Below, one piece after another: positions 52,332 to 62,232 of a stretch of 64,000 nt of DNA. Location of the stretch: assembly GCA_965208675.1 (NCBI GenBank), contig OZ242351.1, positions 4,224,001 to 4,288,000 on the forward strand. Direction: 5' to 3'. Position 1 is the first letter of the stretch; each line of letters opens with the position of its first letter. The notes under the pieces were generated by a model. The model was not told the origin of the DNA. It did not search any database and saw only the letters and a list, made by a program, of their open reading frames with translations. The position numbers and the translations under genes were made by a program. Origin of the DNA: Candidatus Poribacteria bacterium (GTDB taxonomy: Bacteria > Poribacteria > WGA-4E > PCPOR2b).

Positions 52332-55019
52332 CTATCCGCTGCGTCGTTTCCATATCGACACACTTTCAATCTTTACATCTGTTTCATATTTCGATCGAAT
52401 ATACGCGGTGACGAGCGGCACCCTATCTACAGTTTGGATTCCATCCGGAGCGTTACCCCATCCACTTCCCGTGGTGAAGATCACATACTTCGGCCTAGCC
52501 CGTTCAAGATCTGCAATCACCTCCTTCTGCAGCGGTTCAGGCGAAGCATAGACAACTAATGGGTACCGCGTTGGATTAGGCCTATCCGCAAGGAAGTAAT
52601 ATGCGGCCTGGTTTGATAGGTCAAAAATCGGTTCGGATGGTGCGGTGTTTTCCTGTATGTATGCGACAACCTTCTCAATCTCCTTTGCTTGGGCGCGAGG
52701 GGTAAGAATTCTCCCCGCACGTTCGATGTTAGGTTGAACGTACGCTTCATACGGCGGCGAGATAGATCCGAATCTCGGCAGACGTATCAATGTCCGTTCG
52801 GCGATTGCGAGCGGCTTGTACACATCGGCTTTAATATAGGAAAGCACTCCGGCAAGGATAACCAACAAAAATGCAAACCGGTGAGCACCTGTTCGGGAAC
52901 GATGCATACTGGGCGCAGCGATTTCTTTGGTATCGTCTTCTTGCGGTTCTAACCGGTGGGGTTTTGTTGTGTGCAAGAACCGCTCAATAAAATAGAAACA
53001 GATGAGCCACAAATATGCCAAACTGAACGTGATATGGTGCCAGTCCGAACGGCCCAAGGCAGTACGGAAACAGATAATGCCAGCCAACAGAATCAGCAGC
53101 AGCTTCCACTCCTTAATTTGTCCTCGGTTGGCTATGGCATGAAACAGAAGGTAGGTTAAGGTCATCAAGTAAATAAGAATTGGGAAATACCACATGAACG
53201 GGCGGCTCAAAATGAACTCCGAAAATGTAACGAGGGACGTCACTTTTGAAAGTTCGGGGGATATGGGAATGAATGGCGTTCCAAAAATTGGGATGTGATA
53301 GACAGTTTGTATCCATGACCCTTCAATTACGTCGTCAATTGCGCCGTGCGCGCCAAAATAGATGAGGAACGGGAGAAAACCGATTAACACGCCAAACTTG
53401 TACCTGAGCAGCGGAGACAGGTAAAATAACCGTCCCATTTTCAGGATTTTGTTTGAGGAAACGGTTTCAGGCAGCTCGCGCCGGACGGCAATAAAGCCGT
53501 AAAGAAACAGAAATAGGCTGGACGCCGCCCATGTGTATAAACCGATGTCCAGGCTGTTGAACACCGCCAGCGATGTACAGATTCCCGCCGCAATGAGAAA
53601 TGGTCTTCCAGACTTGACGCCTTTATTCAACCAACAACACAGCAGCGCCATTGCGAGAAAACCGAAGATTTGCCTGTCTGACGCTGGTAGGTAGGCACGC
53701 GTAACACCTGCGAACACTTCCGTCGCAATCGCAATAAAAATGAAAACCAAAGTGAAAAAATGGGCAGCGATTCGCCGCCGGAAAAATTGTAGTGCGAGCA
53801 GATAAAAAGCTACGTATCCCAGAGGATATACTAGGTGGTAAATTCTTCTATCAGCTTCAATCGTCTCCCCAAAAAGTTTCATCCCAAGCAACGATTTGTA
53901 AGCATTGTGAAAAAGCCCATGCAATATGCGTATGTCTCGATACGCAATTTCACCTCGAATCAGTTCGTTGACAACCCCTACGCGCTCTCCTTCGTGGAAC
54001 AGGTCAATGCCGCCCGTATGCCATGCATGATTGAGACGGACATTGCTATCATACATAAAGACATAGATGAGGCCTGAAATCATGATAACAGTCAACACGG
54101 AGACTGCAGCGTGCGGGTTAAAGGTGCTGGAAGAGGAGCGAAGTTGAAAAAATACGAGAATTTTCAAAATGACAATCGTGACAACGACAATTGTCGCCAA
54201 GATGGTTGCCGCGTTCTCGACTTCAAAGAGCACAGCGAGCAATAGAAGCAGGAAGGTCGGAAAGAAAGTCAGCGCATCCCGCCTGAGCACATCAGCGAAG
54301 CGGTAACCTGCCAATCCACTTAACAATGCGGAATAACCTATCCAGAGAATCCATGTGCCTATGACTGAAAACAGCAATAGATCCCAACATTGGAGCGGTG
54401 TAAGATCTTTTGGACTGCCGCGAATGAGTAGAAACACCGCCAAACACGCACCGCTTGCGATTGGAATACCGTGAAACCTCAAATTTCCTCTCGCCCAGAT
54501 CGCGAATCCGGCGCCATTTTCGGCAGGTTTTCTTTTGATGACTATCAGATTAAAAGCCAGAAGCACGCCTTGGGCAAATAGGCAAAGGAGGAAAGGTATT
54601 CCCACGGTTCCCAGATGTGTTTCGGGCAAATACCCTTTTTCCAGCGTTAGCAGCAAGAGAAGAAATGGGAAAGCGTGTTGTCTCAGAATTAGTTCTTGAG
54701 GCTGTTTCGTCCAGACCGAACAGAACGTAGAAACCAGAATCCAAAAGCCGCATGCTGATATCGTAAATAACGGTACGAAAACCGCCGCCGCGACGTAGTT
54801 CACAATCTCCTGACGCTTTGGATAATTGTGTACTGAAACCCAGCCGACAACCTCTGTCAATTCATCGACTCTCTTTTCCCCCAAAAAGTGCAGATGTTCT
54901 TTGAAGGCAAAACTGAGCGCCAAAGCGAAGATGAAACTGCACACGGCAACTATCGCCGTATACGGTTGGTTGCTCGGGTGCCGCGCACAGTGGAAGGTTT
55001 TACGGATGGCATCTCGCAT
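52332..55019 (-). CDS. Large polytopic membrane protein, possible GT-C glycosyltransferase-like
   Basis: Many TM helices; 'DLFHEGE', 'YRD...HG', 'LGRSDWHH', C-terminal 'YYFLADRPNPTRY' and 'P.YVI' domain. Confidence 0.6.
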   Translation of the reverse strand: MRDAIRKTFHCARHPSNQPYTAIVAVCSFIFALALSFAFKEHLHFLGEKRVDELTEVVGWVSVHNYPKRQEIVNYVAAAVFVPLFTISACGFWILVSTFCSVWTKQPQELILRQHAFPFLLLLLTLEKGYLPETHLGTVGIPFLLCLFAQGVLLAFNLIVIKRKPAENGAGFAIWARGNLRFHGIPIASGACLAVFLLIRGSPKDLTPLQCWDLLLFSVIGTWILWIGYSALLSGLAGYRFADVLRRDALTFFPTFLLLLLAVLFEVENAATILATIVVVTIVILKILVFFQLRSSSSTFNPHAAVSVLTVIMISGLIYVFMYDSNVRLNHAWHTGGIDLFHEGERVGVVNELIRGEIAYRDIRILHGLFHNAYKSLLGMKLFGETIEADRRIYHLVYPLGYVAFYLLALQFFRRRIAAHFFTLVFIFIAIATEVFAGVTRAYLPASDRQIFGFLAMALLCCWLNKGVKSGRPFLIAAGICTSLAVFNSLDIGLYTWAASSLFLFLYGFIAVRRELPETVSSNKILKMGRLFYLSPLLRYKFGVLIGFLPFLIYFGAHGAIDDVIEGSWIQTVYHIPIFGTPFIPISPELSKVTSLVTFSEFILSRPFMWYFPILIYLMTLTYLLFHAIANRGQIKEWKLLLILLAGIICFRTALGRSDWHHITFSLAYLWLICFYFIERFLHTTKPHRLEPQEDDTKEIAAPSMHRSRTGAHRFAFLLVILAGVLSYIKADVYKPLAIAERTLIRLPRFGSISPPYEAYVQPNIERAGRILTPRAQAKEIEKVVAYIQENTAPSEPIFDLSNQAAYYFLADRPNPTRYPLVVYASPEPLQKEVIADLERARPKYVIFTTGSGWGNAPDGIQTVDRVPLVTAYIRSKYETDVKIESVSIWKRRSG

Positions 55020-55167
55020 ATTAAGACTTTAGTTCATAGTGAATCACTGCGTTTTTTTTAATTACAGTTGCCTAGTTTTTCATTGGCGAGTTTTGCGCCG
55101 GACATCTTGGGCACACACGATTTGTGGGTGCGCGTCAATGAATAGAATGTGAGTTTTAACAACCTGC

Positions 55168-55950
55168 TCATTTCTCTTTCGCTTTGGCTTCGTCCCAAAT
55201 TTTGTCCAGCCCCGCCAAGTCGTAATCCACAAAAGATTTACCCCGCCTGTCAAGTTCGGCCTCGACGTGATGAAAGCGATTGACAAACTTGCGGTTAGAT
55301 TTCCGCAGCGCCTCTTCCGCCTCAACTCCAACGAAGCGGCACAGATTGACGATTGAAAACAGCAAATCTCCAATCTCCATTTCGACTGCTTCTTTATCCT
55401 CCGATGAAATACTCGCATTAACTTCTTGAATTTCTTCCTCCAGCTTTGGCAACACATCTGTAACCTGCTCCCAATCGAAACCGACGCGGGCGGCTTTTCG
55501 CTGAATGGTTTGCGCTCGCATTAGGCTTGGAAGGCGGTCAGGAATTCCGTCGAGAACGGAGTGGCGGTCTTCGTATCCTGCTTCGCTTCGTTTAATCTCC
55601 TCCCAGTTTTTTAGAACTTCATCCGTATTCCTGACAGTGGTGCCGCCAAAAACATGCGGATGCCGGCGGACCAGCTTATCCGTAATTGATTGGATAACCT
55701 CGTTGATGCTGAAAGCCCCGCTGTCCTTGGCTATTTGGGCATGCAGCATCACCTGCATGAGGAGGTCCCCGAGTTCTTCTGACAATTTGCATGAATCTTC
55801 GGCATCAATCGCTTCGATCACTTCATAAGTTTCCTCGATTAGGTCCGGTTTTAATGTTTCGTGAGTCTGGGCTTTGTCCCACGGACAACCGTTCTCGCTC
55901 CGCAACGCGGCAACCACCTGTACGAGCTTGTCAAACAGTTCTTTGTGCAT
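55168..55950 (-). CDS. mazG: Nucleoside triphosphate pyrophosphohydrolase MazG
   Basis: 'LRSENGCPWD', 'EETYE', 'EELGDLL', 'RRHPHVF', 'GFDW', 'EIGDLLF'; start ATG 55950. Confidence 0.95.
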   Translation of the reverse strand: MHKELFDKLVQVVAALRSENGCPWDKAQTHETLKPDLIEETYEVIEAIDAEDSCKLSEELGDLLMQVMLHAQIAKDSGAFSINEVIQSITDKLVRRHPHVFGGTTVRNTDEVLKNWEEIKRSEAGYEDRHSVLDGIPDRLPSLMRAQTIQRKAARVGFDWEQVTDVLPKLEEEIQEVNASISSEDKEAVEMEIGDLLFSIVNLCRFVGVEAEEALRKSNRKFVNRFHHVEAELDRRGKSFVDYDLAGLDKIWDEAKAKEK

Positions 55951-56366
55951 TATGTGTAGGAACTCTCCTGAATTAGGTGTAACCTTGATACCTAACTGCC
56001 GTACATTATTGAACGAAACATACATCCAATGCAACCTGCGGCAATTAGGTTCGATTCCAACTAGATTATCATTATATCCTTTGACGGATGTTTGTCAAGA
56101 TGGAAGTCAGACTAATCCATTCTCGCGGGATTCGGAGCATAACCGTACATTTTGAAAATGATTGACACACCAAATTAGGCGTGCTAGACTCTTGAAGGTA
56201 CTTGAACAGATTTGGTTAAGCGCCAACTCGATGAAGCCGCGTTCTTCGAGTCTGATTTGAGTAGGGAAGACATCACCAATATCTAGGAAAATGGTCTTAA
56301 ATAAGCCGCTTATTGAACAGTTCTTCGTTACGCTGGATTCAAAACATGGGGTGTACAGAAAAATGG

Positions 56367-56396
56367 TTGACGCACAAAAATAGAACATGGTAAAAT
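56367..56396 (+). promoter_or_regulatory. Sigma-70-type promoter for the first LamG gene
   Basis: TTGACG-N18-TAAAAT with TGn. Confidence 0.55.
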
Positions 56397-56513
56397 ATCA
56401 TAGCGCAACAGTGTTTGGGTAGTTTCCAAACAACCCGCCAATTTTTATTGATGGCCTTTTCAAAAACGGGACATGTATTTATTGTCCCCTAACATTAACA
56501 GGAGGTAATAAAA

Positions 56514-57308
56514 ATGAAAGTTTCAATAACGTTTTTATCTGTGATGTTCGGTCTCGTTGTGTTCGGATTGATGTTCACTGTGGATAGCGATGCCAAGATT
56601 GAATCCTCCGGTGCATGGCTTTTGGACGAAGAAAGCGGAGGTAAGATTGAAGACGCTTCCGGTAACGGCATTGACGGAGAAATTGAGGGCGACGCCAAGT
56701 TCCCTAAGGGTCAGTTCGGCAACGCGATGGAATTTAACGGCGAAAACACGCTCGTTCTCTTCGAAAATGAAGATCCGAACCACGCATTTGCCCTTCATCG
56801 TGAAAAGGATGTTACATTCATGTTTTGGGTGCAGCCTTTTGATGTCACCCATGACGGCATTTTCTGGACACGAGGCAATCCCAAGGGTGATGATGCAGAT
56901 AGATTTAACATCTATTCTGGTCCCGGTGAAACCTTCGGTTTCGATTACCGGGAAGCCGGCGGGAATATCCATGGCCTCATCCAAGGCATCGAGCTTCCCA
57001 ACAAAAAATGGACCCACCTTGCCGTAACGAGAGAAGGTAATACTTACAATCTTTTCCACAACGGCAAACAGGTCTCGCAGGCGAAAGATCCCAGTCCAAA
57101 ACTGCCTGAGACTGCAAGCTGGATGATGTCTGGAAGACCCGGTTTCATTTTTAACGGAATGTTGGATGAAGTTGCGTTTTTCGACGCCGTCCTGAGTAAA
57201 AACGACATTACCAACATCATGGATAATGGACTCGAAATAGCCGCACTTTCCGTCGAGCCTTCAGCCAAGCTCGCCACAGCGTGGGCGCGGATAAAAACCA
57301 GCCAATAA
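56514..57308 (+). CDS. Secreted LamG/concanavalin A-like protein 1 with C-terminal tail
   Basis: Signal peptide; 'WLLDE', 'D.SGNG', 'WTHLA', 'F.G.LDEV'; ends SVEPSAKLATAWARIKTSQ. Confidence 0.9.
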   Translation: MKVSITFLSVMFGLVVFGLMFTVDSDAKIESSGAWLLDEESGGKIEDASGNGIDGEIEGDAKFPKGQFGNAMEFNGENTLVLFENEDPNHAFALHREKDVTFMFWVQPFDVTHDGIFWTRGNPKGDDADRFNIYSGPGETFGFDYREAGGNIHGLIQGIELPNKKWTHLAVTREGNTYNLFHNGKQVSQAKDPSPKLPETASWMMSGRPGFIFNGMLDEVAFFDAVLSKNDITNIMDNGLEIAALSVEPSAKLATAWARIKTSQ

Positions 57309-57384
57309 TTTCGATTTTGAGGTTTTGGGTAAAATTTGTTTCGCGCAAATTTCCCAAACCGAAATTTTAAGCAGTTGAAACCAC

Positions 57385-57423
57385 AAGCGTGCTTCTAGTT
57401 ATTGAATTGCTAGAAGCACGCTT
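57385..57423. terminator. 14-bp perfect stem-loop after LamG gene 1
   Basis: AAGCGTGCTTCTAG-N11-CTAGAAGCACGCTT; no long U-tract. Confidence 0.5.
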
Positions 57424-57509
57424 CAAACTCTCGCCTTGGGCTTTTCTTGTACGGCAGGTTTTTTACACACCTTAATGATATCCTCGGTTAGCCACGAAGG
57501 GTTTATCTA

Positions 57510-58286
57510 ATGGCTATGAGTAAGCGTGTTTTATTGGGAGTAAGCGTTCTCGCTCTCGGATTAATCGTTGGATCGCAGTGCGCCGCGAGGATTGATCCGA
57601 ACACTATAGTAGGGATTTGGCTGCTTGATGAAGGTGAGGCGGATGATGCGTCCGAAAATGAACGGCACGGCAGACTTACCGGCAAACCCAAAGTGGTCGA
57701 AGGGAAGTTTGGGACGGCGCTGGATTTTTCCGGGGAAGGCGAATCCGTCAAGATTGCAGACTTAGCCGAAATCCTGCCCACGAAAGTAGTGACAATTACA
57801 CTTTGGGTCAAAATTGGAGACCACGGTAAAAATCCGGATGTATTCAGCCTGAACCCGTGGGAGCCGGGCCGTATCGCGGTTGCCATTTGGGACAAGCAAA
57901 TATTCTGGCATTTTGGCGTTGGGGGGAAATGGATAGTTATCCGCTTCATTGACGAGGAATGGGTCGGCCAATGGAAGCATTGGACATTCATCAATAACGC
58001 TGAAGATAACTTCATGGCGGGATACATTGACGGTGAAAAAGCAGCGAGGATTGGGGGCATATCCGGCGTGTACGAACAACGCGGCGGCGACTTTCACATC
58101 GGCGGACGGCCAGAAGCCTCCTTTTCGGGCGCGATTGACGATTTCGGGATTTTTAATACGACTTTGTCCGAGGATGACATAAAAATGATAGTTGACAGGG
58201 GACTTGAGCGCGCAGCTCTATTTCAGGGTGTGAACAGCGCGGCTAAATTGGCTGCGATTTGGGGGGGACTTAAGGCGTCACAATAG
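57510..58286 (+). CDS. Secreted LamG protein 2 with C-terminal tail
   Basis: 'GIWLLDEG', 'GKFGTALDF', 'FSGAIDD'; ends GVNSAAKLAAIWGGLKASQ. Confidence 0.9.
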   Translation: MAMSKRVLLGVSVLALGLIVGSQCAARIDPNTIVGIWLLDEGEADDASENERHGRLTGKPKVVEGKFGTALDFSGEGESVKIADLAEILPTKVVTITLWVKIGDHGKNPDVFSLNPWEPGRIAVAIWDKQIFWHFGVGGKWIVIRFIDEEWVGQWKHWTFINNAEDNFMAGYIDGEKAARIGGISGVYEQRGGDFHIGGRPEASFSGAIDDFGIFNTTLSEDDIKMIVDRGLERAALFQGVNSAAKLAAIWGGLKASQ

Positions 58287-58305
58287 CACGCTAGGAAGGA
58301 TATCT

Positions 58306-59115
58306 ATGAGTGTGAAAGGAAAATTGCTGGCGGCATTTACAATTGCACTGTTAATAAATGCTTGTGTGTGGGTGTTTTCACCTGTTGCGGAAGCGATTAT
58401 CAAACTCGAATCGCTTGTGGTTGCGTTGCCGTTTGATGAGGGAAACGGTAACACAGCGGAGGATCTCTCGCCGCACGGGAATGATGGTCAACTCGTGGAG
58501 GGCGCCAAATGGGGAGACGGAAAGTTTGGGAAATGCCTCCGCGTAAAGGAGCCCGCCCGCGCCGAAGTTGAGAATAACGAAAGTTTCTGGTTACACGAAA
58601 AGGATTTCACCCTAGCCATTACGATTAATTTTTCGAAGGAACCCGGTACCACCGGTTTAATTGCGCACGATAACGGACTTGGCGCAGAGGCTTTTAAGGC
58701 TGTATGGGAATTATTGGGCGGAGTGTTTACGTTCCACATAAATAACGGTGGGAACAACGTCGCTTGGATTCGATCGGATTTTCTGGGTACACCCGAAATC
58801 AATCGATGGTATAGCGTGGTATTAGTTAAGAAAGGGATTACGTACACGCATTATCTTGACGGTGAAGTGTTCGGTGTGGTGGAGGAAAAGGAACCGATTC
58901 CCCGCGAAATCGATAATCCGCTGACGATTGGCATGGCGGAACACACTTTCTATTTCCCCGGCCTTATTGACGAAGTCGTTGTCGGGCACACGCCGTGGGT
59001 GCAGCAAGATGTGCAACGGTATTTTGAAAGAGGTATCCAAGGTGTGTTGGCGGTTGAGCCCAGTGATAAGCTGGCAAGCACATGGGGCGGCCTCAAATCG
59101 AACCGCAACTATTAG
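58306..59115 (+). CDS. Secreted LamG protein 3 with C-terminal tail
   Basis: 'FDEGNG..D.S..GNDG', 'GKFG', 'GLIDEV'; ends AVEPSDKLASTWGGLKSNRNY. Confidence 0.9.
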   Translation: MSVKGKLLAAFTIALLINACVWVFSPVAEAIIKLESLVVALPFDEGNGNTAEDLSPHGNDGQLVEGAKWGDGKFGKCLRVKEPARAEVENNESFWLHEKDFTLAITINFSKEPGTTGLIAHDNGLGAEAFKAVWELLGGVFTFHINNGGNNVAWIRSDFLGTPEINRWYSVVLVKKGITYTHYLDGEVFGVVEEKEPIPREIDNPLTIGMAEHTFYFPGLIDEVVVGHTPWVQQDVQRYFERGIQGVLAVEPSDKLASTWGGLKSNRNY

Positions 59116-59353
59116 GGCGTGTTGACATAGCGAACCGCACAATTCTAATAGAGAACTGAAAGGGGGTGTTGCGGGGACGCGATCCATATACCCTAGGGTA
59201 ATGTGAAAACGACCTAGGGGATGTTCAAAGCGAAATGTGTCGCTGGATATAAATTTCCGGATTTTACGCCGGATTGCTGATGTTTTTAAATACAGGGGGG
59301 CGGTGCGTTGCACAGCTCCTCATTCAAAAATTTAAATGGAGGGACTCACTTTT

Positions 59354-60151
59354 ATGATTACTAGAATTGCAACATTAGGTTTAGCCTTTTTTATGGCATT
59401 TGGGCTGATGATTGTTGGTCAGAGCGATGCCGGGCTTGTTGGCGCATGGCTGTTCGATGAAGGTTCGGGCGATGTAGCCGGAGACGCTAGCGGCTACGGT
59501 AATGACGGTATGTTAATGAATGGCGCCGGTTGGACGGCTGGTGTAAGAGGGTCTGCAGTTTCATTTGTGGGCGGCGGCGATCCGCAATTCATCCTATTTA
59601 ACGCGGACGAAGATCCGGCAAAAGCCTTCATTCTGCATAGTGATTCAGATGTAAGCATGGTACTGTGGGTTCGTCCTACCGAAGGCGGGCACGGCTCATG
59701 GATGTGGTCTAGAGGCGATGACGCGGATGCCGGTCGATTTAATGTCCACAACGGACCTGGCGACATTTTCAACTTCGACTACAGGGAAGACGCGGACAAG
59801 AGCCCAGATCCGCCGCACGGCGGGGCAGCCGGGATCCCGACTCCAATAGGAGAGTGGACTCATGTTGCAATAACGCGAGTCGGAAATGAATACACGTTCT
59901 GGGGTAACGGCAATATGGTGGAAACCTGGGTGGATGAGAATCCGGTACTTCCAAGCGCCAACGGTTGGATAGTCGGGTCGCCGCGCGGATGCTGTCCGCT
60001 TAAAGCCGACATTGATGAACTTGGGTTCTTTAACATTGCGTTGTCCGGTGATCAGATTAGCGCCGTCATGGGCGGTGTTGAGGCACTTGGCGCGGTTGAA
60101 TCGTCAGGCAAACTCGCCACGACGTGGGCAGACATTAAGGATTTCGACTAA
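59354..60151 (+). CDS. Secreted LamG protein 4 with C-terminal tail
   Basis: ATG 59354 with RBS GGAGG; 'LVGAWLFDEGSG', 'WTHVA'; ends AVESSGKLATTWADIKDFD. Confidence 0.9.
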   Translation: MITRIATLGLAFFMAFGLMIVGQSDAGLVGAWLFDEGSGDVAGDASGYGNDGMLMNGAGWTAGVRGSAVSFVGGGDPQFILFNADEDPAKAFILHSDSDVSMVLWVRPTEGGHGSWMWSRGDDADAGRFNVHNGPGDIFNFDYREDADKSPDPPHGGAAGIPTPIGEWTHVAITRVGNEYTFWGNGNMVETWVDENPVLPSANGWIVGSPRGCCPLKADIDELGFFNIALSGDQISAVMGGVEALGAVESSGKLATTWADIKDFD

Positions 60152-60515
60152 TTCCCGCGTCTAGTCCAATAATTTCCATTCCATTACCGGCTGGAAGTTC
60201 AATGTTTTGTCACGATGGTGTTTCGGAAACCTGACAGCTTAGCGGAAGTTAAGGTTTAAATTTGGAGATTTTCCGAGGTTTAAAGTCGTATGATTCAAGT
60301 TTTTCCGTAGCGTCTCGTTTGCGGAACATCATTGATTGAGCCTTAGGCAAAAATATCAATGACCTAGGGCGGTGTCATAGCGGATGCATTTCGCTGAAAT
60401 TTTGTGTCTGTTAACTATCAAAATAATAACGGGACGTGCGTTGCACAGTTGTAGCAATGTATTTGGATAGTGTGCAATTGCGTCCCAAATTTGTTTTATG
60501 GAGGAAATCAGTTTA

Positions 60516-61304
60516 ATGATTACCAGAATCGCAACATTAGGTTTAGCGTTTTTTATGGCGTTTGGGCTGATGATTGTTGGTCAGAGCGATGCCGGGCTTG
60601 TTGGCGCATGGCTGTTCGATGAAGGCTCGGGCGACGTTGCTAAAGGAATAGTTGGTAGTGATGGCATGTTAATGAATGGCGCCGGTTGGACCGATGGCGT
60701 AAGAGGGTCTGCAATCTCATTTCATGATCCAGATTCCCAACATGCTCTATTCAACGCCGACGAGGATCCGGCAGGCGCATTTATTCTGCACGGCGATTCA
60801 GATGCAACGCTTGTATTGTGGGTACGCTCTGTTGAACCTCTTAGACACGGCTCGTGGGTGTGGACACGAGGCGATGACGCGGACGCCGGTCGATTTAATA
60901 TTCACAACGGTGACGGTACCGTATTCAGCTTCGACTATAGAGAAGACGATGGTACGCACCACCCTACGGACTGGGGCGTATTTAATGTGACCCTTACCAT
61001 AGGCGAGTGGACTCACGTCGCATTGACACGAGTTGGAAATGAATACACGCTCTACGGAAACGGCGAACAAACGGCGACGTGGGTAGACGAAAATCCAATG
61101 CTTCCAACCGCCAACGGTTGGATACTCGGGTCACCGCGGGGGTGCTGTCCTCTGAACGGTGATGTTGACGAACTTGGATTCTTCGATATCGCGTTGACCC
61201 AAGATCAGATTAACATGGTAATGGGCGGCGTAGAAGCGCTTGGTGCGGTTGAATCGTCGGGCAAACTCGCCACGACATGGGCAAACATTAAAGGCCGCGA
61301 CTAA
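60516..61304 (+). CDS. Secreted LamG protein 5, close paralog of protein 4
   Basis: First ~42 aa identical to protein 4; ends AVESSGKLATTWANIKGRD. Confidence 0.9.
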   Translation: MITRIATLGLAFFMAFGLMIVGQSDAGLVGAWLFDEGSGDVAKGIVGSDGMLMNGAGWTDGVRGSAISFHDPDSQHALFNADEDPAGAFILHGDSDATLVLWVRSVEPLRHGSWVWTRGDDADAGRFNIHNGDGTVFSFDYREDDGTHHPTDWGVFNVTLTIGEWTHVALTRVGNEYTLYGNGEQTATWVDENPMLPTANGWILGSPRGCCPLNGDVDELGFFDIALTQDQINMVMGGVEALGAVESSGKLATTWANIKGRD

Positions 61305-61712
61305 ATCCCGCGTCATGTTCAATACATTCCATTCGACAGCCTTTTGAGGGGGCAACTGTGTTGCCGCAATAGAATGTTTCGGAAGGCTGATGACCTAATG
61401 GAATGAAACAACTTAATTACTTCTAATTCCAACTTTTATGGTTGGATGATTCATACTTAAATGCGGCGTGGCGCGTTGAGTGAAAACGGATGCCATAACT
61501 CAATGCGCCACCCGTATTTTCATGGATTTTCCCCCGACTCTGATTAAAATCCCTGCGCAACTCCCTGTCCTGCTTGAAAAATCGCGTACGCTCCCCTTCC
61601 GCTTTTCCACTCCATTTCTAATTCCCCAATCTGTGGTATTGAAAAATCAGATATGTTTCGCCGTGCGTAATTTTAGTCAGCGCAGACGAGAGGGTTGTAT
61701 CGGGTTAAACCG

Positions 61713-61741
61713 TTGACGCCTCAACGCTTGCATGCTATGAT
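61713..61741 (+). promoter_or_regulatory. Sigma-70 promoter
   Basis: TTGACG-N17-TATGAT with TGn. Confidence 0.65.
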
Positions 61742-61777
61742 AGCCTCTGCGATAGCTGCGAACCATCGGAGGAAAGA

Positions 61778-62116
61778 ATGGAATACACCCTCAATAGCTG
61801 CCAAGAACTTGTTGACAACTGGATTCAATCTGTTGGCGTGCGCTATTTTTCCGAGTTGACAAATACCGCAATTCTAATGGAAGAAGTTGGAGAGATAGCT
61901 CGGATTATGGCGCGCAAATACGGCGACCAGAGTTTTAAAGCGTCGGAAAAAGACATAGATCTGGGAGAGGAGATGGCGGACGTGCTTTTTGTGCTGATTT
62001 GCCTGGCAAATCAGACGGGAGTGAACCTCGAAGATGCGTTCAGGAAGACAATTGAGAAAAAGACCGAGCGAGATGGAAATCGGCATAAGAACAACCCGAA
62101 ACTGTTATTCGACTGA
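61778..62116 (+). CDS. Single-domain MazG-like nucleotide pyrophosphohydrolase (YpjD-like)
   Basis: 'YFSELTN..LMEEVGE.AR..YGDQS.K', 'EEMADVLFVL.CLANQ'. Confidence 0.9.
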   Translation: MEYTLNSCQELVDNWIQSVGVRYFSELTNTAILMEEVGEIARIMARKYGDQSFKASEKDIDLGEEMADVLFVLICLANQTGVNLEDAFRKTIEKKTERDGNRHKNNPKLLFD

Positions 62117-62232
62117 TATATGAGATACAGGCTGTTTCGTTGGCTCTTCGAGTCACACTGAATTAATCGGACGAAATCTAGTATAGAATAAAACCCACCG
62201 GTAATGTGGTACCTTGCGAACTCAACACCGCA

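Noticed and set aside
56107-56388. 93-aa minus-strand ORF in the mazG-LamG spacer
   Set aside because: No RBS or recognisable motif, and it overlaps the LamG promoter
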